A stretch of 64,000 bases of DNA, from NCBI RefSeq assembly GCF_036588685.1, contig NC_086381.1, forward strand, positions 50,220,001 through 50,284,000, in the 5' to 3' direction. Below the pieces are notes generated by a model. That model was given only the letters and a program-made list of their open reading frames with translations, ran no database searches and was not told the DNA's origin. The DNA comes from Mytilus trossulus. Lineage: Eukaryota. The position numbers and the translations under genes were made by a program. Shown here in pieces: positions 38,401 to 53,400 of this stretch; the stretch's first letter is position 1, and every line of letters begins with the position of its first letter.

Positions 38401-41400
38401 TAATGTTCAGCAAAGTAAGATCTACAAATAAGTCAACATGAACGAAATGGTCAATTGACCCCTGTAGGAGTTATTGACCTTTGTATTCAATTTTCAATCT
38501 GCTTCCTTTGTTTAATATTCACATAGACCAAGGTGAGCGACACAGGCTCTTTAGAGCCTCTAGTTTTATTCAAAAAAAGAAATTGAAGTATCAGATGTTT
38601 ATTAGTCTTCATGCCTATTTGATTAAAAAAAACTTCTTCAAACCAGGACAATAAAAGAATTTGAGTAGGCAGCTTTTTTCTGGGTAGGTAGCGTTTGGGC
38701 AAACAAACCTATTATTTATTATAGCCTAATAGCTGATTATAGTAAACCATGTTTTCTGCTATAATTAGACCTGAACTTGAAGATACTCAGAGATGATAGT
38801 TCATGCCCAGGAGCTTGTCAAGTTATCAAATGGGTGAAAGGCTGTTTTGATGCCATTGAAAAGAAATATGTAAGTTGCTTACTTGAAACAGTCTTAAATT
38901 TGTTTTTGGACTTTTTTTAAAACAGTGTGTTTAAAATTTATATGACATGAATACATATGAACTATATGCATAAAATATTTGCCTGGTAAATCCAGAAAAG
39001 CACTTCAGATGCACTAAGTCTGTGAGGTGGTATGTTTAATTTCATTTTATTGTGCTTATGTTTATTATTATATAAGAGATATTTTTTTTAGTTTTTTTCA
39101 TCAGATGCATTTGTTTTATAATACTGTGATTGATTTGTTATACACTCTTGTCTTTTTCTTCATTTAGAGATTTTACAGAGAATTCAGATAATTATCTTTA
39201 CATTTAAGTATTTTAATATATATATATTCAGAATATATTCTAGATAGAATAAATTTAAGTAATTTTTTTATTTTATTTTTCAGCTGAGAATGCTGATTAT
39301 AGGGGTAAGTAGATTTGGTTTTGTAAAAAAAATATAACAATTGGAGGACTTGAGGCTTTCCTGATGGACTCTTTCTAGCTATTATCAGAAAGCATACGAC
39401 AGACTACAAGAACAATAAACACAATTTATCAAATAGTTATGTTTCCATAGTTTTCAACTTGAATAAGTTCAACTTTTAAATTACACCCTGATAAGAATTT
39501 GCAAATTTTAGTTTTAAATACTTTACAAATCTAGAAAAAAACATTTACAAGACTTTTGAATTGGATGACTATGGATAGTTTGCTTGACAGTGACCGTCAA
39601 TTTATCAAATTAACTTGAATGAAAAATACAGTAAAACTTCTTTTTTTAATTCATGAGTTCTATAAAGTTTGTCATTAAAACCAACATAAGAATATGATAA
39701 TTATAGAAAAGCCATTAGTATATATTAATATATTGAAGGTTATTTCTGTAACCACCATATTTATTACAGATTTAGGTGAATTTTTTTTTTATCCATTATT
39801 TTGTTGCCATTTTTGTACATGCAATATTGAAAATTAAAGCAATTCAGATTTAGGGCTAGAACATGCAGTTTTATGTATTCTTATATAACATTTTTGTACA
39901 TTTTAGATCTATGTTGACGCTGAAGATCCTGATGTAAGTACAACAAAATTTCACATTTACCATGATCGATTGAATTAGTTCATCTTGGCAGGACATTCAA
40001 TGCTGCATCATGACGAGAAGACAATACTGAATACAGAATTTAAAGTCTAAGTCAAAGAGAAGCAGAACAAAATCATTGGAAATGTTAATAAGAATGAAAA
40101 AAATTAAAAATAAAAAAAGGCAATATTATATTAATTAAAACTGAGCAACTCAGAACCAATCCAAAACCTTGGATGATCTAAGGTGCCATTGAAAGGAAGT
40201 ATATCCTTGCAATTGTGGCAACCATTATGATGAGTACAAATTGGATATTAAGCAGTCTGCACCAAATATAAAAAAAAGATTTGTTCTTTGTCAACTGATT
40301 TAACCCAGATGCTAAATGTTGTAAATAATGTGAATTTAAATCACTTCTCTTTTGTTTTATGCATGCACAAATTGTCAAATTATATATAATTTTTCTTTTG
40401 CATTTACATGAACAAAATTTTGGAAAATAACGCACATATGCGACAACAACTAATCTTCAGTATCCAGAAGTTTTGTTTGTATAACTGAAGATATTTTTTT
40501 ATTTAGTTGCCTTTATTTGTTAAAAGAATGATGTTATTGTACTTTGTTATGTTTATAGTTGTCAGAGAAATGTTAATTTTGTCATTTTATTTACTGTTTA
40601 TTTTCAGACTGTAATCGAGTCGTACACATTTAAGTTTTCCTACACCAATGAAGGGGGAGTCGACATATACAGGTGGTTATACTTTAAACTAAATAAAAAT
40701 TGAATTCAAAAACCATGTTTAGTTGTGCTTTTGCTACTAAAAAATCAATGAAGGATAAAAAAAAAACCTTAATTCAAATAGTTTGGGGGTGGGGGTCAAA
40801 ATTTCTGAAAGTTTTGTTGAATTGACATGGATTTTATATATATCCTTATTGGTCAATCAATTTTTCCCAAATTTAGTTAATAGGGGGGTAGGGGATCAGT
40901 AAGTTTTTTATCCTTCATTTAACTTTTGATGTCATTCCTAAACCATTGCACAATTGAATAATGCATTTAAAATTTTGAGTTATTTCCCTTTGGCAAGTTA
41001 ATTTTAGAACTACTATAAAAAAGTTTCTGACCATAATTAAAGTCTTTTGATTGATTGTAAGAAAGTCTATTTGAGTTATTATTTCCAGCCTTTATTTAGT
41101 TTAAACATATTTATTTATAGTGGATTAGTTTAAACATATTTATTTATAATGGATTGGGAAAGAAGTTTTGCAACTTATATTAATCCCTTTCCACTTTGCG
41201 GGTGTGAGTGCTGCCTTGTAGCTTGCTCTTTTTTAAAATCTACAAGGGTGTGCAAGAGATATGGATCTCTCTTAACAGGGGTCAGCCATTTGTCGTCTCC
41301 TTCCTAGTACTATCATTGCTTCCTCAAGACCAGACTCGCAAATGGTATCTCTCTTTACTGTACCCCTATTTTTGTATTAATATTCACAGGACAGGAAACT

Positions 41401-44400
41401 CATCAAGGCACATTGTTTTTAAATTACAAGCATTACCATCTTTGAACATGTGACCTTTGTACGATTAAAATCAAAAGATCGAACTCAATGTCGTAACCAA
41501 AAAACATGTCAATCACAATGAAATAAAAACAGACAGCAAGAATTTTCATAACATATTTAAAAAATTATATTATAAAATGTAAGAAATAAAAAAAGGAAAA
41601 GTAAAACCTCATTACTTAAGACATACAACCATGAGGAGACATGTAAAATGTGATAACATGACAGCTTAAAGTAGTAAAAAAGCAAAACATTTTTTGAACT
41701 GTTTTTGAAAATTAGTTGATTGGGGTTTATGTTCTGTTTTTGAAAATGGAGGTTCCAACCCCTTCGAACATGAAAAGTTCACATAATTTGTAAGAAAAAA
41801 AATATTGAAAAAATTAGGAGGCATTCCAACCATTGAAACAACCCCCTGAATATGCCATTGTAAAGATATCTTTAATTTTATCCTTTATTTACTCCTCTTG
41901 AATTTCAAATAATAAAAACAGTCATATATAACCTATCAAATTTTTTAACACTATCTAAAAAGTTATCTTCACTTGAACATTTTTGATTATGAAAGTTTTG
42001 CCATTTCAGGAATGACAAGAAAATATCCAGTGCATACTCAGCATCAGAGACAAAGAAAGCAACCATCAGACTTTTGAGGACAATTGTAGTGTTGACACAA
42101 ACATTAAAGTCATTACCTGATGATGTCATGATGACTATGAAGCTTCTCTACTTCGATGATCGTAAGATCCATGTTAACCATTATATTAGTTTGTCAAATT
42201 TTATGCTTGATATTTGAATATATTTGAAATTGGGTATAATAAGACAATAAAACAATTGTCCAAGATAAGACCAATGAATGCATTTTAGAATGAAAATTAT
42301 ACATATTTACAGGCCACATATGAGAGGCATGTTTGTTTTCAGGCCAAATATGTGGTAAGTATTCAGGTTAAATTAAAAAATTGATAATGTTTAGTGGGTT
42401 GCCAAAGGTGAAGGACAGAAAATGAAGGTATGCAATAGTCTACTTAAATGTAAAGACCCCTCACAGAGTTGTTACAAACTTTGATTGTCACATTTTCAGG
42501 GACCATGAATAAGTATCCCTAAAGTGGTTGTTTTATTGCATATAACAAGGAATTATTGGAATCCAAATTTTCTAATGTTTGTTATGAAATAAAAATTAAA
42601 TATTTATTAAAATATTTAGCAAGATATTATATTTTCAGTTACACCTGGTGATTATGAACCTCCAGGTTTCAAGGCTGCACAAACAGATAGCTTTCAGTTT
42701 GAAGAAGAACCTATGAATATAAAAGTTGGAGATGTCACAACTGTAAGCAACATCATAAAATCATGTGCTATATTTTAAGACGTAGAAATTTTTGAGACTT
42801 TGCATGATCTTTGTTGACTGAGTTATGGACCCTGGATTGATTACAGATCAGTGATAATTTAACTATTGGCTTTACATTTTTTAAAACTTTCAATAACTGT
42901 GTATGATAAATTCTTGTTGTACCTTTAGGCCTTGTGTAGATAGTAATTTTTGTCTTTTAGAAAAAGAAGATAAATAACCAGCAGTTTCTACTCAAAATCT
43001 GACTCAAAATGATTTTTTTGGGAAGGTGAACAGCTATAAATGCACATGGCTTACTTAGGAAAAAGAAATGTTGTTTTATTATTTTCCAATCATTGAACAC
43101 TGTTGTAGAAAGTTTCTTTTTTATATGTCTCAATGATTTGTTTTCTGTAAATGCATGCAAATTTATTATTACAGCCATTTCACACGTAAGTGACAGTTGT
43201 TCTGTTCATGTTCTTGTTTTTTTCATACATAAGTTATTAAGACCTTTATGTTTTCATCAGACGATGGTGAAAGTTTTTTTTTTAATTACAGTTTTCTTTT
43301 TAGAAAGTTCAGAGTTTAAACTTGTTGGTTTAGATAGAGCTTGTTATAAAACATATTAGATATAAGTGGTCTGTTTACATTAAGAGCTATTCTAGAAAAA
43401 AATATATAGGGTTTGTTTAGCCTTTAGGTTATGGGATGTGAATATGAAATTTGGATGAGTGGCATGATTGCCAATGAAACAACTATTTACCTGAGACCAA
43501 ATGATGTAGATGTTACAAACTATTACAGAACATCCATTAATAATTTGCAAAACCATACAAAGTATGTTTTATTTTTTGTTTTGATGGTTTGAGTAATGGT
43601 AAGACTGGAACTTTAAGTGAAAGTTAAATGGATTAAATTTTAGATTTATATATATGATAGCTTCTTAAAACTATTTTTTTAACTTGAAAGGTCAAGATAT
43701 TGATTTAGTTGTGTTTTTTGATTTTTTTGAGAGATTTTTTATATGAAATTGTTTAAGATTGTTAACATGTCAGCCAAACTTATAAAACTTGTATTGATAT
43801 GATTGTAATTTATATTTTCAGTATTAAAATGAGAATCAAGACTGACAAATCACAGTTTGAGATGAAGGATGAAGATGTTGATGGAAACAAAGAAGAAACA
43901 ACAGAACCAGAAATCACCACTATCAATGTACAGGATGACATTATTGATGATGAAACACAGGTATACTTTGTAAACATTCAAAATTGTCACAGAGTAATTT
44001 TTTTATAAGAATTATGTGGTCTATCACTTTTGTTGATTGTAAACAAGTCTGTATTTTGATAGTTGTTTCATCAGATTTTCAACAATTATATTTTTTTCTT
44101 CAGAAAAACATGTGTAATCAGAATATTTGTGCATGATATGAAAATTTTATACAAGTGATGTTTAAACTTTTTGTGAATTCCAATTATTCTAGTTGTGATA
44201 TTCAAATGCTTAATCTTAGCCATAGGTAAAGTTTTCCTTTATTATCTTTTAAGACCATTACAGAGAAAGAAAACCTTTAAATAACCAAAATGATCAATAG
44301 GACAAGATTTACAATTTTTTTCAACTGCACAGCTGAGTTAAAATGTAGCGCTTGGATATTAAAAGATACCATTTGGTTTAGAATCTGCAACAATATAAAC

Positions 44401-47400
44401 CAATCTGCCTATGTTTTATCAAATTCAAATTAACCCTTTCAAAACTATACACAGCATATGCCGCAATGAGGTAAGCCTTCCGCCACTGCTATTCAAGGCA
44501 TTTGTTGCGATGACAATGGATTTTTCATCCAGACACTTAACCCTTTCAACGCTATACACGACATATGCCGCGATGACGTACGCCGTTCGCCACTGCTATT
44601 CGCGGCATATGCCGCGATGAAAAAGGATTTTTCATTAGGACTCTTAAACCATTCGGTTTTCATTCGGGTTCTCTCTAATTTTTCATCGTTTGAATCTAGG
44701 ATATATGCAAGGTCTCGTTTGCGCTTGAAATCCCGACTATTTTTATAGTAAAATCATGCAGTAGAAGGAAAATAAAAACAAATATTTTGACAAATGCAAA
44801 TGGCGGAAATCGGAAACGAAGCTGTAAATATGGAAAAATTTCAGCATTTCCTTGGCGAAACTAACAACGAGGATTAGTTAAAAGGTTTCTTGTTATCTCA
44901 ATGTGTTTATTACATTAAATTCGTGTGGGAAATATGATTTGATCGATCAATACGAGACGTAGAAAAAGGGGGGAAAACGGAGGTTGACTGAAATTTTTTA
45001 GCACGGAGCTATTTATTTGTGCCACGATTAAATAAAACGTTATGTATGGTACAATACGCTACTAAATCGGGCAATTGGTGTCTTCTTTACAATATGGCAG
45101 ATAAAACAACAAAATAAATGAAGACTAAAAGTAGTTTTTATTCAAAATTCAACACAAATGTAATAAATTACACCTTTTACCTGTTAATTACCTGAAAACG
45201 CAGGTAACCTGATAAAAATTTCAGTAAAATAATTGCCTATCATTACAGTTCATGCTCTCCTGAGCATTTTTCATGCAATAACTTTCTCTGTATCTCATAT
45301 AATAAAAAAGATACAGCAGTCTGAAAAGGAAAATACTGTTCTAATGAATGAACTAAAAAAAAATGCAGCAGCAGCAGCCATTTTTCTATTTTTTTGTGTA
45401 GCGTTGAAAGGGTTAAACCATTCGGTTTTCACTGTGTCCTTTCTAATTTTTCTAATGAAGTGAGGATATACAAAGTCCTGTTTTTATGGTAAAATCATGC
45501 AGTAGAAGGAAAATAAAAAATAAAAATATGGTTTGACAAATGCAAATGGCAGAAATTAAAAACAACACTGTAAATAAGGAAATATTTCAGCATTTCAATG
45601 ACGAAACTTAAAAACAAGGATAAGTTTAAAGGTTGCCTGTTATCTGAATGTCTTTATTTCATTCAATGAAGTGGGAAATATGATTTAAATGATCCTTACG
45701 AGATGTAGAAAAGGGGGAAACTGAGGTTGACTGAAAATTTTGAGGACGGAGCCACTTATTTGCACCACAATTACATTATACTTTGTGTATGGTGCAATAT
45801 GCTGCGGAATCAAGCAACTTGTGTCTTCTTTTTTATATGGCAGATAAAACAACAAAACAAATGAAGATTAAAGTCTCTTTTATACAAAATTCAACACAAA
45901 TACAATAATTTACACCTTGTACCTGTTAATTACCTGAAAATGCAGGTATCCCAATACAATTTTAACTAAAATAATTGCTTATCATTACAGTGAATGCTCT
46001 CCTGAGCATTTTTCATGCACTAACTTTGACTGTATTTCTTGTAACAAAAAAGATACAGCAGTCTGAAAAGGAATATACTGTTTTGATAAATGAACACAAA
46101 AGAAATGCAGCAGCAGCAGCCAATTTTTTAGAAAATTTTTGTGAAGCGTTGGAAGGGTTAAATTAGTAGATTGACAGACATGCTTATTTTTTGCTGTTAA
46201 TTTGTTTTCAACAGCAACCAGACGAAGAGGTTTACCAGTTTAAAGATGATCTGATAGAAATGGAGAAACCACAAAGACAAACAGAGAATGGTAAATCACT
46301 TGAGGCAGTTGTACCATCAGAAAGTCCTGAAATACCAGGTATCTATTTTTGTTGAACTTCATCTATAAAAGATTGTATGTACTTACCAATAGTTTAGTGC
46401 TGTATTTTGTAGCCCATTTAAGGGAGTATACAACACTTTTATTTCGTATTTATGCCCAACTACAATTATAGTAGAGTTCATTATTTTTTTCTGATTTTGG
46501 TTTTGATTCCTTATCAGGTTAAATTTATTGGTCAAGGTTGTTTATTTCATAGTATACATGAAATAAATTATCTAAATTTAATTCTAAATTATGGTTATGA
46601 ACAAATCTCGAACATGTGATAGTGTTAAACCTATATATTTACAGGTTAAACTTTTTTGTTAAGGTAGATTAATTACCATGCTGTTGTCGTCAGATTTACT
46701 TCAAACTCAGTATACATCGATCTTCAACCTACTAAAATAAAATTTCAAATTAATGTTCCCTTATTTCACTGTTCTCTGAACAAAGAAGACGAAAAGTGAA
46801 AAAGGGGAAGGGGGACGGCATTGTGTCCTGTGGATACAAATCCTCATCGTATTTGTTCTTCATCTCGAAATAGATCTGTTTATGATTCATGATTCATCTA
46901 TATTTACAAAATGTTGACTGATGACAATAGTCTAATTAATCAAAGGTGTGAATATATCTCTAACTGTGCAAACAAAATTATTTTTTTTTAGGTTCTGATG
47001 AAATGGCTGTTGATACCACTGGATCTCAGAGAAGTCAAGAATCAGAAATTCCTGATTTAGGGGTTAGATGTCCTTGTGGTGTGAATGAGGTAAATTATTT
47101 GACAACAATTATATCTCTTATTGATATCCTCTTGAGATATTTGTTTACGATGATGAGATAAGTAATAAATATATCACAGTTTGTGCAAAAAGAAATAACA
47201 CAAAATACAGTAAAATATGAATGTTATGATTGCAATGGAAAGAAGAAAATTAGTACTGTGGATTCATTATTATTCGTTGGATACCAATTTTCATGGATTT
47301 CGTGGGAACAGTTAAACCTCAAAATTAAATGTTCAACGAATGACAAATTTTTAAAAGGCTGTATGTAGATTTCAGCAAAACCACGAAATCAAAGATCCAC

Positions 47401-50400
47401 GAACATGTAAGTTTTCCTCAATCCACGAAAATTGGTACCCAAGAAAATAGAAAATAAATGAATCCATTATTATTTTTAATAGTACATAAGAGAATAGGTC
47501 ACTGGTGAATTGGCACATTTATAAAGAGTTGCCCAAAATGAAAGTGAAAAATATGTAGAAAATGTATTGATTATATAGAAGATGCGAAACATATTCCTTG
47601 TTTTAAAAAGAAAATCAACTGCTTCAATAAATGAATTTTTAAAGGTACAAGTCAAATTGGAATAGCTTTAAACGTTTTTGATATATAAAAAAAAGAAGAT
47701 GTGGTATGATTGCCAATGTGATAACTCGCCACAAGAGAACAAATGGCACAGAAATTTAAAACAACTATAGGTCACTTCAACTTTCAACAATGAACAAGAC
47801 TCATACTTCATAGTCAGCTATAAAAGGCCCCAGAATCTAGATGTTTATTTGCTGAAAACAGTGTTCAGTACGAACAGGAGGAAATTGATCGTTTAAGTGT
47901 ATCTATTTGTTAATTTATACCGTAGGAATTTGTAGAGGGCTATGATAGAGAGGGGATAAAACCTTCTTTATCAGAACTTTGGGATTGACCCTTTCAGGAT
48001 CTGGGAATTCTTTATTTTTGAATTTTGGGATGTTTGGATATAAATTTATTTAAGTTTGAAAATCAGGATTTCGTGTTTTTAAATCTGGGATTTTGGGATC
48101 AGGACCCCTCCTACAACCCCATATATACTAGGTATTAGTATAAGGTACCAAATAATGGAACTGCTGGGCATTGGCTATTTAGCCTGAGTTTAGCTAGCAA
48201 CATATATCTTTACTTATATAGGATGATGGATTAATGTTTCTATGTGCTGTGTGTTAAATATTGGCTATTTAGCCTGAGTTTTTACTAACAACATATATCT
48301 TTACTTATATAGGATGATGGATTAATGATTCTATGTGCTGTGTGTAAATATTGGCTATTTAGCCTGAGTTTTTACTAACAACATATACCTTTCTTTGTAT
48401 AGGATGATGGATTAATGATTCTATGTGCTGTGTGTAAATATTGGCAGCATGGTATCTGTTTCTTGATCAAAGATGAAGATGAGGCTCCTCAAGCTCATTT
48501 CTGTGATGTGTGTTCTGAGGTTTGTAGCATTTTTGTTTTCTTAAATTTCACTCAGAAACAAAGATTTGAAAATAAAAATGGCAGTTACATCCACTATCCA
48601 AATACATGAAACGTAATTGTTTTCAACTTATTGCAAACTTTCTAGCCTCCGCCAGCATCCTTTTTGATTTATTTCGGAAGATTGACAATATTGTTTCAAA
48701 TAACACAAGAAGTTTGTATTATTAAGATAACTACTAATTTAGGATAATAGTAATAATCCTCATAAGAAATTAGATGCTGCATGTTGGAGAAAATAAAACA
48801 CTGCTTAATTCTGATGAAAACAGTGATTGAAACCAAAGACAAAATGAATTATAGAGTTTAAGAACAAAATGTACAAACTTGTATAATACTAAGTGAATTG
48901 TTGATTAAAGTTTATGTATTATACATGCATAATATTAATTAAAGACATATATGTATATTTAATTTTGATTATTTGCCTTTTTTGTTATAAAGATTGACAG
49001 TCCAGACAAACAGCCAACTGATCCTTATTTGTGCGGTTTATCATCTATAGCTGTTCAGGTTTGATACTTAAGAAATCTAAATATATGATACCAAAATTCA
49101 TATGTTTTTGACATGCATGTAGAATAGGCTTCACACTAAAGAGTGCCAATCAACACAAAAAATCAAGACGTTTGACATTTCAATATACTGTCTTCAAAAA
49201 TATCAATTGTTAGTCTAAAAAAAATATTACTGAGTAAAGACCCCATTGGCCATATTAAAGATCTGCCAAGATGCAAAATCTCCATAAAACTGTAGGATTA
49301 AAGAGGGTTCCTAATTGCTATCTGTGCAAAATTTCCAAATGTCACTAATCTCATTAAAAATTGCTGAGGACATGGTATACAGAAAACAATAGTAACAAAT
49401 TAAAGTCACCCTTTGACACAACAATGGGAAAACATGAAGTTCCATAGAAATATTTAAACATGTACTGAATTGTCTTTAGAATAAAAAAATTAAGTAGCAA
49501 AGTAATAATTTAATGGAATTTTTTTTTATCCCATTTTAAGAATAACATGATTTCATGTATAACACATGTTATTTAGGAGGTGCTATGACACAGATTCACG
49601 ACTTTGTGTTGATCTTTCAAACTGTTGTTTACTTTGTCTATGCAATCAGATAAACATTTGTCAAGGATAAATTTTTGAATTCTGGACCTTCTGGTTTTTT
49701 TAAAACTTGATCCATGGGTAACACAAGGTGCAGAGAAAAAGTACCATTTACCCTTTCACCCATTGCTGCCCAGACGGAAGCTACTCTGAGACGATTGCTT
49801 CCCTGGCTACTATTACTCAAGTGGGAGATCTTCAAAATAAATGTCAATAAAAACTTGTTTGTAGTTATTTGTGTATTTATTTCATTCACTAACACCATGT
49901 TCTCAGTTTTATTTTAATGTTTTGATAATTTTTTCTTCAGAAAATATTCAAATTTTCAAATTTTCTGCATTATCTAGGTGAAATTCTCAAAATTCTGCTC
50001 TTTGACCCCAAATCATAATTTTTGTTAACCAAAAACGGCAAATTTTGAAAAATTTTATGAGGCTGTATCTAATTCCACACACTGAACGATGTCCATTCCA
50101 AGTGTTTTGTACATAAAACAACATTTATGTCAAAAAAGTTTACTAGTTTGGCTTCAATTCTTCCATATTGTTTCAAATAAAGAGTTCCCTCATTTAAAAT
50201 TCTCGTAAATTCATAAATTTCTTCTGATTTTGACGCGGTTTTCAACAAACAGAAGCACCATGTTTACACTTATCCAGGTATTCATCAAAGAAAGATAACT
50301 CATGTTTGCACTGTTTTGAGAGGCAAATATAAAAGAGGTATTCGGATCCCGGTTTAACAGGACTCATCGTCAGCTGTTTGAAGCTTTGAAGCGTGAATCC

Positions 50401-53400
50401 CGGTAAACCGGGACTCATAGGCAAAAGGGTTAAGTTCAGTACCAGAATCAAATTTCATTGTCAATTATATCTCTAATGTGGCTAAAATTAACAAAATAAA
50501 CATAGCTAGGTTCTTAGAGCGCACATTATTTAAGTAAAAACAAGCTCACAAATACTTAACCTGATTGGTAAAAGCAAGGTCACAAATACTAAACCTGATG
50601 ATGTAAAAAATACTGCCTTTCATTATTTGGCTTTACTTTAAAATAAGATTCCAAATAGAAAGTTGCCATTATACCGTACATGAAATATTTAGACAGTTCA
50701 AAACTGATGTCATAGGTTTGGAATTTGCTGCTCAGTCTCAGCTATATGTATGATTGGCTGTTGATATTTAGAAATGAAATAGGACCTATTTCAGTTATTT
50801 CTGAGATAATTATCTTCCTTTAATTATTTATAGGCCACATGCTTATGGAGAAGAACTTTAACGGCTGTACCAGAACTAAGCAGAGTTTTAGCACCGAACT
50901 TGGCCAAAAGACTTGGTGTAGAAGTCAGTGTAGCTCAAGGTCTCATGAACAGACTTGAAAAAGAAGGTTTCTTAAAGAGCAGTGGGAAAAATAAGAAGTA
51001 TGTTATGTTTGGTGACTTTTATTTGTTTATTTATAGTTAATGGTACCTTGTATTACTATTCTACACAGTAAAGAAGATTTTAGATTTGATTAAATTCACA
51101 AGTGTAAAAAAGTAGTTGGGGAGGGGGGTTCATTATAATATATGCATGGTACATGGAAAGACAGAATTTTACACTTTTGATTGATTGCTTGAAAAACAAG
51201 GAAAAAAAATCACATGCCAAAATAAATCTGAAGCATGTTGATGTATCAAATATCTTTGTTAAAACATTTTTCGAAGCAAAACATTAAACTTAAAAGACAC
51301 TTGATTATTTTTCTTTATGATAGGTTATTGCACATTTTAAGCTCACAAGGGTCTGTCTCAGTAGTCCTCTGTTGTGGTTAACTTTTACAAAAGTCTTCTC
51401 CTCTGAAACTAATTTTAACCAGACTGGGCGACAATCATTATTAGGGTTTCTAGTTTAAAAAATGTGTCTGATGGCCAACCAAGATGTATGACATGTCAAT
51501 TATTTTGAAAACTTATAAATAAAAAAATGTGAAGGTAGAAAAAATGGTATGAATGTTGACATATTCATCAAATTCTCTAAAAAGACAAATTTTACCATTT
51601 TTTTACCATGTTTTGTCTATTATCTTGAAAAATAGATACAAACTTTCAAAAGCAAAAATGATCAGCAAGGTGACAATCTCTTCAAATAAGTTTACATGGT
51701 AGAAATTATGTGATGACCCTCTTGGAGTTATTGCCCTTTAATGTACTAATTTTTGCACTTTTTACTTTATATCTGAACAAATGTAAATGCTTGAATTAAC
51801 AAAAGGGATCAGAAGGATAGGACTTACAAATATAAGTCAAAATAGTTGAAAATATCTGATATTCCTTTATACCAGCTTTGGTCATTTATAACAGTTATTA
51901 CATTGTTGTGCAATTTTGACTAATATATTTATTTTTTGGTTTCTAGAAGATATGTCCTTTCAGAAGCTTATACATTTAACAAATCATTGATTAGGTTTTG
52001 TACAAACTATCAAAATCATTATTTATTTCTTACGTTTGTATTGTGCAGATTTTATATGATTTCATGTTTATTAAGTTTCAACGGGGAAAAGTGTTTACTA
52101 GTGAATTTTAAACTTTTTAGGCTGGGAAAAACTGTTGACAAGGAGAAAGTGAAAATAGATGGTTTCAAGAAATATCTTACAAGAAAGCCAACAGAGAAAC
52201 CTACAATTGACACATCAATGAATGAAGAGGTAAGTGTGTACTATCAAACCTGTCTATAAAAGATGATACAGAGAAGGTGCAACAGTGCACCTTATAGACA
52301 GGTGCTAGATAAAAATGACACGAGAAATTTTGTGATAAGAAAAATGAATTAAAGAAGATACATAATTTCCAACACAAAATATTAGAAATACAAACCATGT
52401 AGGTTAATACTAGGTATCTAGGAAATATATCTGTAAATATTTCAACTGTTTTCCTTTAAAACCTACAAATCAATATCTTGTTTTGAGATGTATTTATGAT
52501 ACATTTGATTAAAAAATGTTTTTTATGACTTTAATTTAAGTTCTTTTAAAGTGAAATTAAAAACTCTATATATGTTACAGAAAATACAAATATATACACA
52601 ATATATGTAAGTTGTCGGAAAATATAAAATTTATTTGTATGAGCTTTAGAAATAGGACCAAAAGGAGGCTCTCTTGTTTTGTAGTGAGTACAAATAAATT
52701 TTATTCATTTATAAAATGTTACTATGAAGAAACTCTATACTTTATTACAATTAGATTTAATGCTTTTGATTATTAATGAATAATTACTATTTTCAGACTG
52801 AAGATGATGGAGAATTTAAAAAGCCTCTGCAGAAGAAAGACATAAACAAATCTGTATGTTTTGTTTTAGTTATTAAATGCTGCTCTTTGTAAAAAATCAG
52901 CCAATTTGAATAAAAATCAAAACATGATCAGAAAAAAAATTGATAACCTATTAAATCATGTTTTTGTAGTTTCCATTATCATGAGTAAATCATGGTGTTT
53001 TTCATTTCTGTATGTGTGGTATTTCAAAATACTATAAACCAACTAAATTTGTTAAGCAATTTATTTTGTTATTTTTGCAAGTAGAAAAATATTGCAAATA
53101 TAAATCATCCTGATTATGTAAAATTTGAATTTTCCTTACTCAGCTACATCAAGTTAATTTGAGAATAGCAAATTAAATTTGAATCGCAACGAAATAGGCT
53201 AAAAAGGGCTAAAAGCGAAATAAAGTATCTACGATATAAATTGGTTTTAAAATGTTAATTTCCAGTGCATTTGAACAAAATTATATCTTCTTTAAGCAGA
53301 ATAGGAAAAGGAAATGAGACTTATTTTCAAGCATTACTACATATTAGGAACTGAAATTAATGTTAACTGGAGTGTGTTTTTGTTTGTCATGTTTTCATCA

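Noticed and set aside
45233-46166. Two similar poly-Ala ORFs as duplicated genes
   Set aside because: They are the right ends of the two nested piggyBac-like MITE copies, with non-ATG starts and no transposase motifs.
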